Sequence record: MT708547.1
Direction: 5' to 3' (one strand)
DNA: 64,000 nucleotides
The notes under the pieces were generated by a model. The model saw nothing but the letters and a program-made list of their open reading frames with translations, had not been told where the DNA came from and did not search any database. Positions within the stretch are counted from its first letter, which is position 1. The number at the start of each line of letters is the position of its first letter. The translations under genes and the position numbers were made by a program. Positions 12,007-22,210 of the stretch are shown piece by piece.

Positions 12007-12034
12007 AGAGCACTCTTTGTGCTCTCTAATTTTT
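12007..12034 (+). terminator. Terminator-like hairpin
   Basis: AGAGCAC-tcttt-GTGCTCT then a T-rich tail. Confidence 0.55.
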
Positions 12035-12430
12035 ATGTACATAAAAATGCTAAATTTTAGGAATAATGATTTTATATTTACATCAACTGCATCACCACAG
12101 TCGTATTTGAATATGAATAATCTACCTTATGGTATTATGTACCATTGTGATGTATCTACAATTTTTGATTCCAATAATCCTGAATTTCATTTCGTTGAAA
12201 AATCAAGATATAATAACAATGTTGGTATTATCAATGGTGGATTATATGAATATGCATTTGATTACGATAAAAATTATTATGTAGCAATACCAAATAGTAG
12301 TTTAGTGTATTCGTGTAAACTAGACAAAATAATTGGGTTTTCATGGAGTACTAAATTATTGAAATTTGATTTGAGGGTGATTGAACCAGTACTATTATGG
12401 GATTTTATTTTTGCAATGAAATCGCTTTAA
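12017..12430 (+). CDS. Hypothetical protein (true start probably downstream of the hairpin)
   Basis: ORF track; the TTG start lies inside the hairpin. Confidence 0.45.
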   Translation: MCSLIFMYIKMLNFRNNDFIFTSTASPQSYLNMNNLPYGIMYHCDVSTIFDSNNPEFHFVEKSRYNNNVGIINGGLYEYAFDYDKNYYVAIPNSSLVYSCKLDKIIGFSWSTKLLKFDLRVIEPVLLWDFIFAMKSL

Positions 12431-12433
12431 TTC

Positions 12434-12462
12434 TTGACAAATGTAAAAATTTGTGATATAGT
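12434..12462 (+). promoter_or_regulatory. Sigma70-type early promoter
   Basis: TTGACA-17 nt-TATAGT. Confidence 0.75.
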
Positions 12463-12515
12463 GATTGTAATGATTGCAGTATTAAAATACGTATATGTAA
12501 AATGGAGAATATACT

Positions 12516-12587
12516 ATGATTAATTTGACATAAGAAGAAACTGCTGTTATTATAAAAAAAATAATCAATAAGCTCACCATAAGGTGA
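12516..12587 (+). pseudogene. Possible nonsense-inactivated mini-gene
   Basis: SD GGAG then ATG at 12516, TAA at codon 6; read-through gives MINLT*EETAVIIKKIINKLTIR. Confidence 0.35.
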
Positions 12588-12595
12588 GCATTTTT
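12572..12595 (+). terminator. Intrinsic terminator
   Basis: GCTCACC-ataa-GGTGAGC followed by ATTTTT. Confidence 0.75.
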
Positions 12596-12644
12596 GTCTC
12601 AAAATACTTACAATTTAATAGATTAAAATATACAAAGGATTTGT

Positions 12645-13469
12645 ATGAAAGTAACAGGAAAGGGAAATCAGAAGGATGACCTATTTCATATAGATAAGTT
12701 TTTAAATACTGGTAAATTTTTACCAGGAACAATATTTTCTCGTTCAACTACTAGACAAAAGAACAATAAAGGTGTAATATCATATCCATATTGGAATTAT
12801 AAATGCCCCAAATGTTCACATGATGAATTTGTTGAACATGGTTTATGTTCTGGTGTATTCGAAGGTGAATGTCAAAAACTAAAATTAGGAAAACGTAATT
12901 GTAGATGTGCTCCGACATATAGGTGGACACAAGAACAACGAGAATATCAAATACAAAAAGAAATCGATGAACGTGGTCTAGAAAATTATTTTATTGGATG
13001 GGTTGATCCTGAAGGATATAAAAATAATGGAAGTAAAATTATAATTGGATGTATAAATTCAGATGATGATGGTACCCAACATAAAAGTTATACTATAGCA
13101 ATAAATGATTTTCTCCATGGACATAAAGGTTGTGCTAAATGTGCCGGTCAAACACAAAAACATGCATATATAAATGTTGTATATAATGAAAATAAACCAG
13201 TAGCTATAAAATTTGGAATTGCAAATGCACCACACATAAGGATTGAATTTCAAAATAGTAAAAATTTATATAAGATGGTTCAAACGCACATTTACAAATT
13301 TTTCAGTACTGAACAATGTAAAGATGCTGAACGATATTGTAAATCAATTTATAAAAATGTTTTAACAAAAGAACAACTATTTGATGGTTATACTGAAACC
13401 ACACTATTGGAAAATATAGAAAATATTATTCAAATCTATGAAAAATATGGTGGAATCAGAACAAAATAA
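12645..13469 (+). CDS. Zn-finger protein, putative free-standing homing endonuclease (C-terminal GIY-YIG/T5orf172-like)
   Basis: CPKC, CRC, CAKC motifs and AIKFGIA...R segment; very AT-rich. Confidence 0.5.
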   Translation: MKVTGKGNQKDDLFHIDKFLNTGKFLPGTIFSRSTTRQKNNKGVISYPYWNYKCPKCSHDEFVEHGLCSGVFEGECQKLKLGKRNCRCAPTYRWTQEQREYQIQKEIDERGLENYFIGWVDPEGYKNNGSKIIIGCINSDDDGTQHKSYTIAINDFLHGHKGCAKCAGQTQKHAYINVVYNENKPVAIKFGIANAPHIRIEFQNSKNLYKMVQTHIYKFFSTEQCKDAERYCKSIYKNVLTKEQLFDGYTETTLLENIENIIQIYEKYGGIRTK

Positions 13470-13472
13470 TGA

Positions 13473-13500
13473 TTGACATTTTATTTGTTTATGTTACAAT
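13473..13500 (+). promoter_or_regulatory. Sigma70-type promoter for clpP
   Basis: TTGACA-16 nt-TACAAT; the ORF-track TTG start is the -35 box. Confidence 0.6.
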
Positions 13501-13538
13501 GTCTCTATAAATTGATTAATAAACACGAGGAAATACAA

Positions 13539-14240
13539 ATGCTAGATCAATTCACATTCGGTGGTTACTCATCCGGTACACAAATTACTAACTACAGTGT
13601 TCCAATTGTGGTAGAAAAAGAAAATGGGCAAGAGCGTTCTTATGACTTGTCTTCTCGTATGATGAAAGAACGTATTATTTTCATCGATTCTGATTTCAAT
13701 CCACAAATGGCACACATTCTAAAAATGCAACTACTTTGGCTTGACTCACAGGATGATGCACCAATTGTATTGTATGTATCATCGCCTGGTGGTTCTGTTC
13801 ATGATGGTCTAGGTATTGCTGACGTTGCGAAATACTGTCGCTCTCCAATTCGTACTATTGTAATGGGATATGCCGCCAGTATGGGTGCGTTTACGCAAAG
13901 TACAGTAGGTACTCCAGGTCATCGTTTTGCTGGCGAATCTGCTATGATTATGTGTCACCAAGTATCTTCAGGCACTAAAGGTCTAATTACTGATCAGAAG
14001 ATTGCTCTAAAGCATACTGAACGCCTTAATGAACTACTGATGAAACGCATTGCTGAAAGTGTTGGTGTTTCATATGAACAACTACTTGAAGATGCTGACC
14101 GTGACTTGTGGCTAAATGCTGAAGAGTCACTAAATTATGGTACTAAAGGTTTCATTGATGGTATTATTCTTAGTGCTAAAAATGAAAAAGGTGAATTCCT
14201 AGTTCGTCGTCGCGGTGGCGTAGAAGAGTGGGTCAAATAA
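13539..14240 (+). CDS. clpP: ClpP-family ATP-dependent protease proteolytic subunit
   Basis: ERIIF, YVSSPGGSV, AASMG (catalytic Ser), MCHQ (His), DRD (Asp); start moved to ATG 13539 after SD GAGG. Confidence 0.9.
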   Translation: MLDQFTFGGYSSGTQITNYSVPIVVEKENGQERSYDLSSRMMKERIIFIDSDFNPQMAHILKMQLLWLDSQDDAPIVLYVSSPGGSVHDGLGIADVAKYCRSPIRTIVMGYAASMGAFTQSTVGTPGHRFAGESAMIMCHQVSSGTKGLITDQKIALKHTERLNELLMKRIAESVGVSYEQLLEDADRDLWLNAEESLNYGTKGFIDGIILSAKNEKGEFLVRRRGGVEEWVK

Positions 14241-14257
14241 TTTAGTACTGAATAATT

Positions 14258-14283
14258 AAAACCCTCCAATTGGAGGGTATTTT
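14258..14283 (+). terminator. Intrinsic terminator
   Basis: ACCCTCC-aatt-GGAGGGT followed by ATTTT. Confidence 0.75.
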
Positions 14284-14297
14284 GTATAGAGAGTAAT

Positions 14298-16545
14298 ATG
14301 AAACAATTAATTCGAAACAATACAAATGAAGAATCCGAAATTCTAGATGATACCGAATTTCTCAGTACTGCATTAGAACAGATCAGTACTACTGCATTAA
14401 ATCTCAAAGAAGTTGATGCAACTGATAAATTACTTGATGGTTTTTCAGATATTCTTGAACTTCTTAGTGAAGTACTTCTTAAAAATAATATCAATCCAAA
14501 AAATGCTTTTATTCATGCAGAAAATCTACGTCAAGAAAAGGGAACTTTTCATGACAAGAAAGCAATTAATAAAGACTAACATCAATTAAAAGGAATTAGA
14601 ATATGTCACAACAAGAACAATATGAACTAGGTAAAGTATCTTTCAACAACGGTATTGTATATACTCAGGAAGAACTTAAACAATGTAATCCACTATTTCG
14701 TACTGGATATAAGGCTGCACAACAAGCAGCGATGCTACGAAATAACAACATTTTCCCCACTGTACTCTTCGATGTTCCAAAACGTCCAGAAATTTTCAAA
14801 CCAACATGGGTTGATATCATGAGTGCAATGAAACGCCCACGATACCATCGCTTACATAGTAATGAAGGCCGTTGGTTGATGTTTGGTATTGCTAAGCATA
14901 TTGAAACACGTACAAGTGAAATCAAGCGTTATAAAGACGTGCTCACTATGGTGGATGAAGCATTTGACTATGTTCTCCAATATGGTTATGATGAAGGCGT
15001 ATTAACGGCACAGGATTGTGAGCAATATAATTACACACCAAAGCCAGTAATTGCAAATAAAGAATAAAATAGATCCAGTACTACACTCTATGTGGTATTT
15101 TTGAGGTAATTGTAATATGCGTAAAATTATTTGTGTTGATATGGATTATTCCGCTGATCCTCTGTGGTTAGGAATTGAAGATGTAGATGAACCAGAAAGT
15201 ATTTCATTCATCAATGAATGTTTGACTGATTACGAGGATGTTTTGAGTAATGAAGTACTACACAGTTTAACTCTATTCCAATCCACATGGGAAAGTTTTC
15301 ACAGTTCAAAATACAAATCTGTATTTTCTGCATATTCTTTTCCTGGATCATTCAGTACCAAAGAATACCTGAGTACTTTAGCTTTTTTGTGTGCTTCACA
15401 AATTAAAAAAGAACACCCAGAATGGCGTGTATTTTATACCTCAATGTATGATTATGAAAGGACTGAATTAAAATGAAATTAAAAAATGCAGATGTAAAAA
15501 ACATTAGTACTAAAATTGAATACTTGCATAAGCGTAGAATTGAACTTGCATATGAAATTAGTACTAAAGCATATAATTTAGTTAAAGGGTTATATGCCGA
15601 ATATGAAAAAAATTTCAAATATAGTATTTTAAATACACTTCAATTCAAACCACAATCTTTTGATAGTTTTGAGAAAGATTTGTTTGGTGGTGGAGGATTC
15701 TATAGTACCAAAAAGAAAATTGTACTTGATGTAGTTAATCAGACCAATCCAGGTGTTACTAGGGTGATATTTGTTGATGCTTTGTGGTTTAAAGTCAAAT
15801 ATACTATAACCAACGAAAAGGATGATGATTTTATTCATCGTGCTGATACAGTAGGTCAAATTTTTGTAGATCATAATAAAGACTTTGATTTTTATAAAAA
15901 ATTCCGTATTATTTCTGAATTGGGTGATATAGTATATGAAGATTCAGATTTATCCCGAATTACACGATGGGAAAGAGAGATTGACAATATGGAATCAATT
16001 TTAGCGGATTACAATAAATGATATATCATTTAACTGAAGAACAAAGTACTGAATACTTTAACAATTTAGAAGCAGTTCTGGACTATCATAAAAAAATTCA
16101 TACAGATGCATGTAATATTTTAAATTCTTGGTATACTTTTTATAAACTGAATTTTAATAACCTACCGTGGTATATGAAATTTGGTGTTTTATCATATAAA
16201 AAGTTTTTAGCATCTATTGCTAATGATACTGGGTTAGAAATCAGAAATAAAATGTATCAATATGTAACACCACGTAATATGTCTGGATGGGTTTATAAAT
16301 TAAAAATTAATAAAATCCAAAAATTAACTGGTATTGATTTAAGTACCGAAAGTATAAATTTAGTAATTCATGCAATGCATTTTGGTTTACAATATGATAG
16401 TATGTATGATTTGTATAGAACATTAGAAAAAATAAAAAAATATGGTTCAATTCCATATACTATTGATGAATATGATTTGAAAATTTTCGAACATGTATCA
16501 TTTTTAGTACAACATTATAATATAGAGAAATATAATGAAGCATAA
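14298..16545 (+). CDS. Five hypothetical proteins (14298-14579, 14603-15067, 15117-15476, 15473-16021, 16018-16545)
   Basis: ORF track, SD motifs, overlaps. Confidence 0.6.
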
Positions 16546-17005
16546 AACATGGTTAAATATTGCTAAAGCGGTTGCTGAGGAAAGTAAATGTATTTCACAT
16601 AAAGTTGGTGCAGTAATTGTAAAGAATAACAGGATTCTAAGTACTGGGTATAATGGTACAAGTTCTGGAGCAGTTAATTGTTGTGATGCGAATAGTCATT
16701 TAATTCATAATAATGAATTTCAAAATTGGGTATCAGATGAAGCTAAACATGAACATCATGAGTGGAGTAATATTCATGAAATTCACGCAGAAATGAATGC
16801 TTTATTGTATAGCTCTCCACAAGAACGACAAGGTGCAACTCTTTATAGTACAATGCAACCCTGCTATACCTGTTCTAAATTAATTGCAGGAAGTGGTATT
16901 ACTAATGTAATTTATGAAAAAGAATACCCACGTACACCACCAGAAGCAATTGAAGTTTTAAAAGATGCTGGTATTACAGTTAATAAATTATCAGATTTGG
17001 AATAA
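16535..17005 (+). CDS. cd: dCMP deaminase
   Basis: SKC...KVGAVIV, GYNG, HAEMNAL, PCYTCSKLI zinc motifs. Confidence 0.92.
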   Translation: MKHKTWLNIAKAVAEESKCISHKVGAVIVKNNRILSTGYNGTSSGAVNCCDANSHLIHNNEFQNWVSDEAKHEHHEWSNIHEIHAEMNALLYSSPQERQGATLYSTMQPCYTCSKLIAGSGITNVIYEKEYPRTPPEAIEVLKDAGITVNKLSDLE

Positions 17006-17076
17006 TTATTTTAACAAATAAATGTACTTTTGGATTATATACAATTAGTATCTTTTGAGTTAAAATAATACAAAAA

Positions 17077-17107
17077 AAGGAGAACTATAAAGTTCTCCTT
17101 AATTTTT
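17077..17107. terminator. Bidirectional terminator between convergent genes
   Basis: AAGGAGAACT-ataa-AGTTCTCCTT with an A-run before and T-run after. Confidence 0.7.
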
Positions 17108-17110
17108 AAA

Positions 17111-17749
17111 TTATTCTACTGTGACTTCAACAGTATCAGTTTTGTTTCCATCATTGGTGGTTACAGTTATAGTTGCAGTACCAGTAGCTACATATGAAAC
17201 TAGTCCAGCACTATCTACAGTACAAACACTCTCTGCACTGGAAGACCATGTAACAGATTTATCGGTTGCATCCAATGGTAGTACTGAAATACTCAATTGC
17301 TCAGTACCACCTACAGCACCAGTAAGCGTTTTTGGTGAAACTGTAACGCTTTCTACATGAACGACTGGTGGTTTTACGTTAGTGCGTCTAAAAATAAATC
17401 CACCATTATCCAACTTGACTTTGTTGAGTTGGTAGAGTATACTGAATCCCTCGACACCGGTTTTTGGGTCAGATTCTTTGATACAAAAGGTATTTACTGC
17501 TAGTGAATCAGCAATATCTTCGTCAGCATCGGAATATTTTAGTGCTACCAGATTTGAATCGCGGTGAACTAGTCTAATAAATGTATAAACAGTTCCATCT
17601 GTGGAAATCAAATCATACACATCAAAAGTTCTTTGTTTGTATACAAATAGGTCGCCAACATGAACTGTACCATTAACATTTGCCGCAGTGACTTTCAATC
17701 CATCAACAACAAACGGATAATGGTTTTGTTTTGCGATAACACGTGCCAT
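17111..17749 (-). CDS. Virion protein with C-terminal Ig-like (Big_2) domain
   Basis: VESVTVSPKTL...DATDKSVTWSSS...VDSAGLV...GTATITVTT pattern; SD AGGGAG. Confidence 0.8.
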   Translation of the reverse strand: MARVIAKQNHYPFVVDGLKVTAANVNGTVHVGDLFVYKQRTFDVYDLISTDGTVYTFIRLVHRDSNLVALKYSDADEDIADSLAVNTFCIKESDPKTGVEGFSILYQLNKVKLDNGGFIFRRTNVKPPVVHVESVTVSPKTLTGAVGGTEQLSISVLPLDATDKSVTWSSSAESVCTVDSAGLVSYVATGTATITVTTNDGNKTDTVEVTVE

Positions 17750-17848
17750 TATTTTCTCCCTTTTATAAAAACTTGTAAACGTTATTAAATTTATGTTTAT
17801 TATAAAATTTTATATAACCTTACTATTATTTACCAATTTAGAGGAAAT

Positions 17849-18445
17849 ATGTTTATTGTACTAAAAGAATTTTTATATAATACATTAATTGCTTTTTCAC
17901 TTATTTTCCCATCACATGATATTCAACAGAATGTAACTGTAAACGATAGTAACGTATTAATTTTTAATACGAAAATAAACGACGAATCAGTACAAAGAGC
18001 GGAAACATTATATAAGAAATATAAGTACAAAACCATTTCTATTACCTCACCGGGAGGTGATGTGAATTCTAGTTTCGAATTAGCAGTCTTTGCTTCTGAC
18101 CATAATATTAAAGTTCATGTACCACAGTACTGTGCAAGTGCATGTACAGTTATATTTTTTGCTGCTGATAAACAAAACAGAGTTATGGATAAAGATGCTA
18201 TTATTGCTATTCATAATGTTTCGGTTGTGGCTAATAATGATATTTCTGGTAATGAAACCATATCTATCAATACTGCCATGGATTTAATGAAAGATACATC
18301 AGAAATTGTAGCAGCTATGTATAGTTTATATGCATATGTTGGTATTCCAGGTGAAATCCTGATGAGAACAAGCACTATGCACGGAGCTGATTCTTATCAA
18401 ATAACAAAAAAACAACTCCAAATGTGGGGCATTTTAGAAAAATAA
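17849..18445 (+). CDS. Membrane-anchored ClpP/crotonase-fold protease-like protein
   Basis: N-terminal hydrophobic anchor; ITSPGG, CASAC, IAIH motifs. Confidence 0.6.
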   Translation: MFIVLKEFLYNTLIAFSLIFPSHDIQQNVTVNDSNVLIFNTKINDESVQRAETLYKKYKYKTISITSPGGDVNSSFELAVFASDHNIKVHVPQYCASACTVIFFAADKQNRVMDKDAIIAIHNVSVVANNDISGNETISINTAMDLMKDTSEIVAAMYSLYAYVGIPGEILMRTSTMHGADSYQITKKQLQMWGILEK

Positions 18446-18484
18446 ATCTGTACAAGAATATCATTTGTGATATAATAATTAAAC

Positions 18485-18532
18485 AGAGAGTGATGTAGCT
18501 CTCTTTTATATAGCTTAGGGAGTACTAAGACA
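18485..18532 (+). promoter_or_regulatory. Twin-hairpin leader of NMNAT-Nudix gene
   Basis: AGAGAGT-gatgta-GCTCTCT, 9 nt, CTTAG-ggagta-CTAAG (SD in loop), 3 nt, ATG. Confidence 0.6.
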
Positions 18533-19597
18533 ATGAAAGAAAAAGTTTATGTATATATTGGACGTTTCCAAATTCCACATATTGGTCATGAAGAAGTCCT
18601 CAAACATGCGATCAAAATTGCAGATCGTGTTATCATTCAGGTCGGTTCAAGTGAACTGGCTCGTGATCCAAAAAACCCATTCACGTTTGAAGAACGTAAG
18701 TCAGTACTAGAAGAAATTACAAAACGTGTAGCTCAAGATGAATGGAATAAAGGTCGAACTGTTAAAATCGATATTATGCCATTACATGATTATGTATATG
18801 ATAATAATGCATGGCTAAAAGAAGTACAGGATAATGTTAAAACATGTACTTCAAGTAATGATATTACTATTACCGGTTGTCGTAAAAATGGTGATACCAG
18901 TACTGAATATCTTAACTATTTTCCTCAATGGAAAAATGACTTCATTAACGAAGTACAAAGTAATGCAAAAGGTACTATTAGTAGTACTGAACTACGCGAA
19001 GCTTTTTTTGTCTCTGGTAAAGTTCCAACTGAATTTGTTTCAAAAGAAACAACAGAATTTCTAGAAAATTTTGTCAGTACTAAACCAGATGTATTCGATA
19101 ATCTTATTAAAGAATATGAATTCATTAATCGTTATATTGAACAAATGAAAGAAGCACTACCTTATGATATTCCTTTTATTTGTGGAGATTCAATTATCGT
19201 AGCTGCTGGGCATGTTTTATTGGGTCGTCGCAGAACTTTTCCGGGGAAAGGTCTTTTGTGCATTCCTGGTGGTTTTTTCCAAGCATGGGAAGACAAAGAC
19301 CAAGTAGATACTGCCATCCGAGAATTGAAAGAAGAAACTAAAATTGATGTACCAGAAAAAGTTCTTCGTGGTAATATTGTAAATGTACAAGATTTTACGG
19401 ATATTAATCGTAGCTTACGTTGGCGTATTCTAACTAAAGCAGTACTTATCCAGTTACCTGATACAACGTTACCAAAAGTTAAAGGAAGTGATGATCTAGA
19501 ATCTGCAAAATGGTATCCACTAAGTGACATAGAAAAATACCGAGATCAGTTCTTTGAGGATCATTATAGTGTACTTCAATCTATGCTAAAACTATAA
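18533..19597 (+). CDS. nadM: Bifunctional NMN adenylyltransferase / Nudix ADP-ribose pyrophosphatase (NadM-Nudix, NatV-like)
   Basis: GRFQIPHIGH (HxGH), NPFTFEER, ISSTELR; Nudix box PGGF...AIRELKEETK; GSDD. Confidence 0.92.
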   Translation: MKEKVYVYIGRFQIPHIGHEEVLKHAIKIADRVIIQVGSSELARDPKNPFTFEERKSVLEEITKRVAQDEWNKGRTVKIDIMPLHDYVYDNNAWLKEVQDNVKTCTSSNDITITGCRKNGDTSTEYLNYFPQWKNDFINEVQSNAKGTISSTELREAFFVSGKVPTEFVSKETTEFLENFVSTKPDVFDNLIKEYEFINRYIEQMKEALPYDIPFICGDSIIVAAGHVLLGRRRTFPGKGLLCIPGGFFQAWEDKDQVDTAIRELKEETKIDVPEKVLRGNIVNVQDFTDINRSLRWRILTKAVLIQLPDTTLPKVKGSDDLESAKWYPLSDIEKYRDQFFEDHYSVLQSMLKL

Positions 19598-19615
19598 AAG
19601 GAGAGCTAGAACTAC

Positions 19616-20623
19616 ATGGATGTAGTTAAAATAAATGTTTATAATATAACTTTTAAATATATTTCTTTAGATGTTTTAAAATATAATAAAGTATCAAATT
19701 ATGAATTTATGGATATCTGGATTAATAAAATAAAAATTATTAACCCAGATATAAAAATATTAGGTGCTAATATTAATTCCATTGAAGAATGGAATGGATT
19801 TAAAACTAAATTATTAATAATTTTCAATGATACATTTTATGATACACAAACTATGAATCACTTATGTTATAGAAAATTTGGTGGAAATATGGTTTTAACA
19901 CAAGATAATTGTTATTATTATCTGAGTAAATCAAATCCAAATATTATTAATTTTATATCTAATATAACAATATTAGATGATAAAACTATAAAATGTGATT
20001 GTATTAAAAATCATTCTTTTACAAGAAATTTAAAAGGATTCAAAGAACCTGATGTACGTAATTGTCCAATTTGTACAAATAATGTATATGTTAAAGAATA
20101 TTTAGAAGAACAAATTTATAAAATAAGAGATCCTGAAATAACAGGAATAAAACTTAGATATGTTCCAGATTTAAATAAAGGAAAAAATACCAAATTGCCA
20201 TTGATTTGTAAATATGGTGATGAATGGGATACAACAACAATTGATAATTTTGTTAATAAAAAATATTGTTGTCCCATATGTTCAGAACGACAACAAAAAT
20301 CAAGACCCGTCTTAGAAATCAAAGAATATCTTTCAAATAATAACATAAAATTTATTATGGAAAAACGTTTTGATGATTGTAAAAATAAACAAGCTTTACC
20401 ATTTGATTTTTATTTACAAGAACAAAATATTTGTATAGAATATGATGGTATTCAACATTTCAAGGCAGTTGAACATTGGGGTGGAGAAGAATATCTTAAA
20501 ATAAGACGAAATAATGATCAAATTAAAAATCAGTACTGTAAAGATAACAATATACGTCTGATTAGAATACGTTATGATGAAGATCCAAAAGAAATTCTTT
20601 TGAGAGAAGGTATCATAACTTAA
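19616..20623 (+). mobile_element. Putative free-standing homing endonuclease (Zn-ribbons plus Vsr/DUF559-like nuclease domain)
   Basis: CPIC repeats; LPFDFYL...IEYDGIQHF...D..KN.YC..NNIRLIRI; extremely AT-rich insertion between nadM and nadV. Confidence 0.7.
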
Positions 20624-20653
20624 AAGAATTATTACACAGAGTAATAATAAATC

Positions 20654-20699
20654 AGAGAACGTAGTAGTTCTCTAACTTAAACTAAGGGAGTCTTAGAAA
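20654..20699 (+). promoter_or_regulatory. Twin-hairpin leader of Nampt gene
   Basis: AGAGAAC-gtagta-GTTCTCT, 8 nt, CTAAG-ggagt-CTTAG (SD in loop), 3 nt, ATG. Confidence 0.6.
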
Positions 20700-22172
20700 A
20701 TGAAAAACGTAAATCCAAATGTAAACTTTATTCTAAATGCCGATTCATATAAAGTTGGTCATCGCAAAATGCTTCGCAAACATGTTGATGGTTATTACAG
20801 TACTATTGTACCTCGTAAAAGCTCTCCACATAGCAACCATGTAGTTGTGGCTGGTTTGCAATACACAATTAATACCTATATCAATATTCAGATTACCAAA
20901 GAAGATGTTGATGAAGCTGAAATTGAAATTCGTGAACAAGGTTCACGTTTTGACCGCACTATTTGGGACAAAATCGTCAATGAGTTTGGTGGTAAAGTTC
21001 CAGTAAAAATTAGTGCTATTAAAGAAGGTACAGTTGTTCCAGTTCAATCAGTAGTTTGTGTTGTTGAAGCTAAAGATGAGTTTGCATTTTTGGCTAGTTA
21101 TATTGAAACTTGTATTCAACGTGGTGTATGGTATAGCAGTACTGTAGCATCTGAATGTCGTGCAATGAAAAAAATTCTTGCTGATGTAATGCAACGTCAT
21201 GCTGGTCATAAGAATGTAGATTATCATTTCCACAACTTTGGAGATCGTAGTGCAACTTGTTTTGAACATGCATATGTAGCTGGTATGGCACATGCAATTA
21301 TGTTCAATGGTTCGGATAGTTTAACTTCAAATCGTTATATTAAAGCTCACTATAATACTACCAAAGCGTATCTGAGTTCAGTTGACGCTACTGAACATAG
21401 TGTTATGTGTAGTAATAGTGATGCTGAACATCGCAATGATTATGGTGCAGCAGTAATGGCGGTAGATCATTGGGAAGAACAAGTTACAATGTGGGAAGAA
21501 GATGGATTAGGTGTACCAGTAACTTCATGTGTTATTGATACTTATAATGATTATCGCTTTGTCCGTGACTTTATCGGTACTAAATTAAAAGACCGTATTG
21601 TTGAAATTGGAAAACGAGGTGGTCGCTTTGTTCTTCGTCCTGATTCACGAATTCCCAAAGAAATTTGTATTGATGTAATCGAAATTCTAATGGAAAAGTT
21701 TGGTTATACTATTAACGAACATGGTTACAAAGTACTACCACCATATATTGGAGTAATTCAAGGTGATGGTGTTAATTTCGATAGTATTCATGAAATTCTA
21801 GATATTCTTGATGAAAAGAAATTATCCCTTGAAAACATTGTATTTGGTTGTGGTACCAAATTGGTTAACCCTGAACGTGGTCGTGATCTTTATAGTTGGT
21901 CAATGAAAGGTACTGCACAACATGTCGAAGATGAACGTGAATGGCAAGACCTATTCAAAGATCCAGCAGGTGAACCAGGCAAACGTTCACATAAAGGGCG
22001 TGTAGTAACCTGGAAATGTAAAGTATCTGGTAAGATTTTTGTTGATCGTGATGATCTTGATAAAGTTAATCATTTCATTGAAAATCTACTTGTACCAATG
22101 TATGACTGCGGTAAAATTATGAATTTCAGTACTTTTGATGAAGTTCGTGAGCGTGCTAACGTAGGTATCTAA
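20700..22172 (+). CDS. nadV: Nicotinamide phosphoribosyltransferase (Nampt/NadV)
   Basis: ADSYK, FHNFGDR, ATEHSV, VIDTY, LRPDS, IQGDG, FGCG, KDP motifs. Confidence 0.9.
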   Translation: MKNVNPNVNFILNADSYKVGHRKMLRKHVDGYYSTIVPRKSSPHSNHVVVAGLQYTINTYINIQITKEDVDEAEIEIREQGSRFDRTIWDKIVNEFGGKVPVKISAIKEGTVVPVQSVVCVVEAKDEFAFLASYIETCIQRGVWYSSTVASECRAMKKILADVMQRHAGHKNVDYHFHNFGDRSATCFEHAYVAGMAHAIMFNGSDSLTSNRYIKAHYNTTKAYLSSVDATEHSVMCSNSDAEHRNDYGAAVMAVDHWEEQVTMWEEDGLGVPVTSCVIDTYNDYRFVRDFIGTKLKDRIVEIGKRGGRFVLRPDSRIPKEICIDVIEILMEKFGYTINEHGYKVLPPYIGVIQGDGVNFDSIHEILDILDEKKLSLENIVFGCGTKLVNPERGRDLYSWSMKGTAQHVEDEREWQDLFKDPAGEPGKRSHKGRVVTWKCKVSGKIFVDRDDLDKVNHFIENLLVPMYDCGKIMNFSTFDEVRERANVGI

Positions 22173-22180
22173 TATATTTT

Positions 22181-22210
22181 GGAGAGTCATTATGGCTCTC
22201 CATTCTTTTT
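22181..22210 (+). terminator. Intrinsic terminator after nadV
   Basis: GGAGAGTCA-tta-TGGCTCTCC followed by T-run. Confidence 0.65.

Noticed and set aside
20700-22172. NARP1 (Namat + Adps) interpretation of the Nampt-like gene
   Set aside because: No PRPP-synthetase-like Adps gene nearby; the partner is an NMNAT, which fits NARP2
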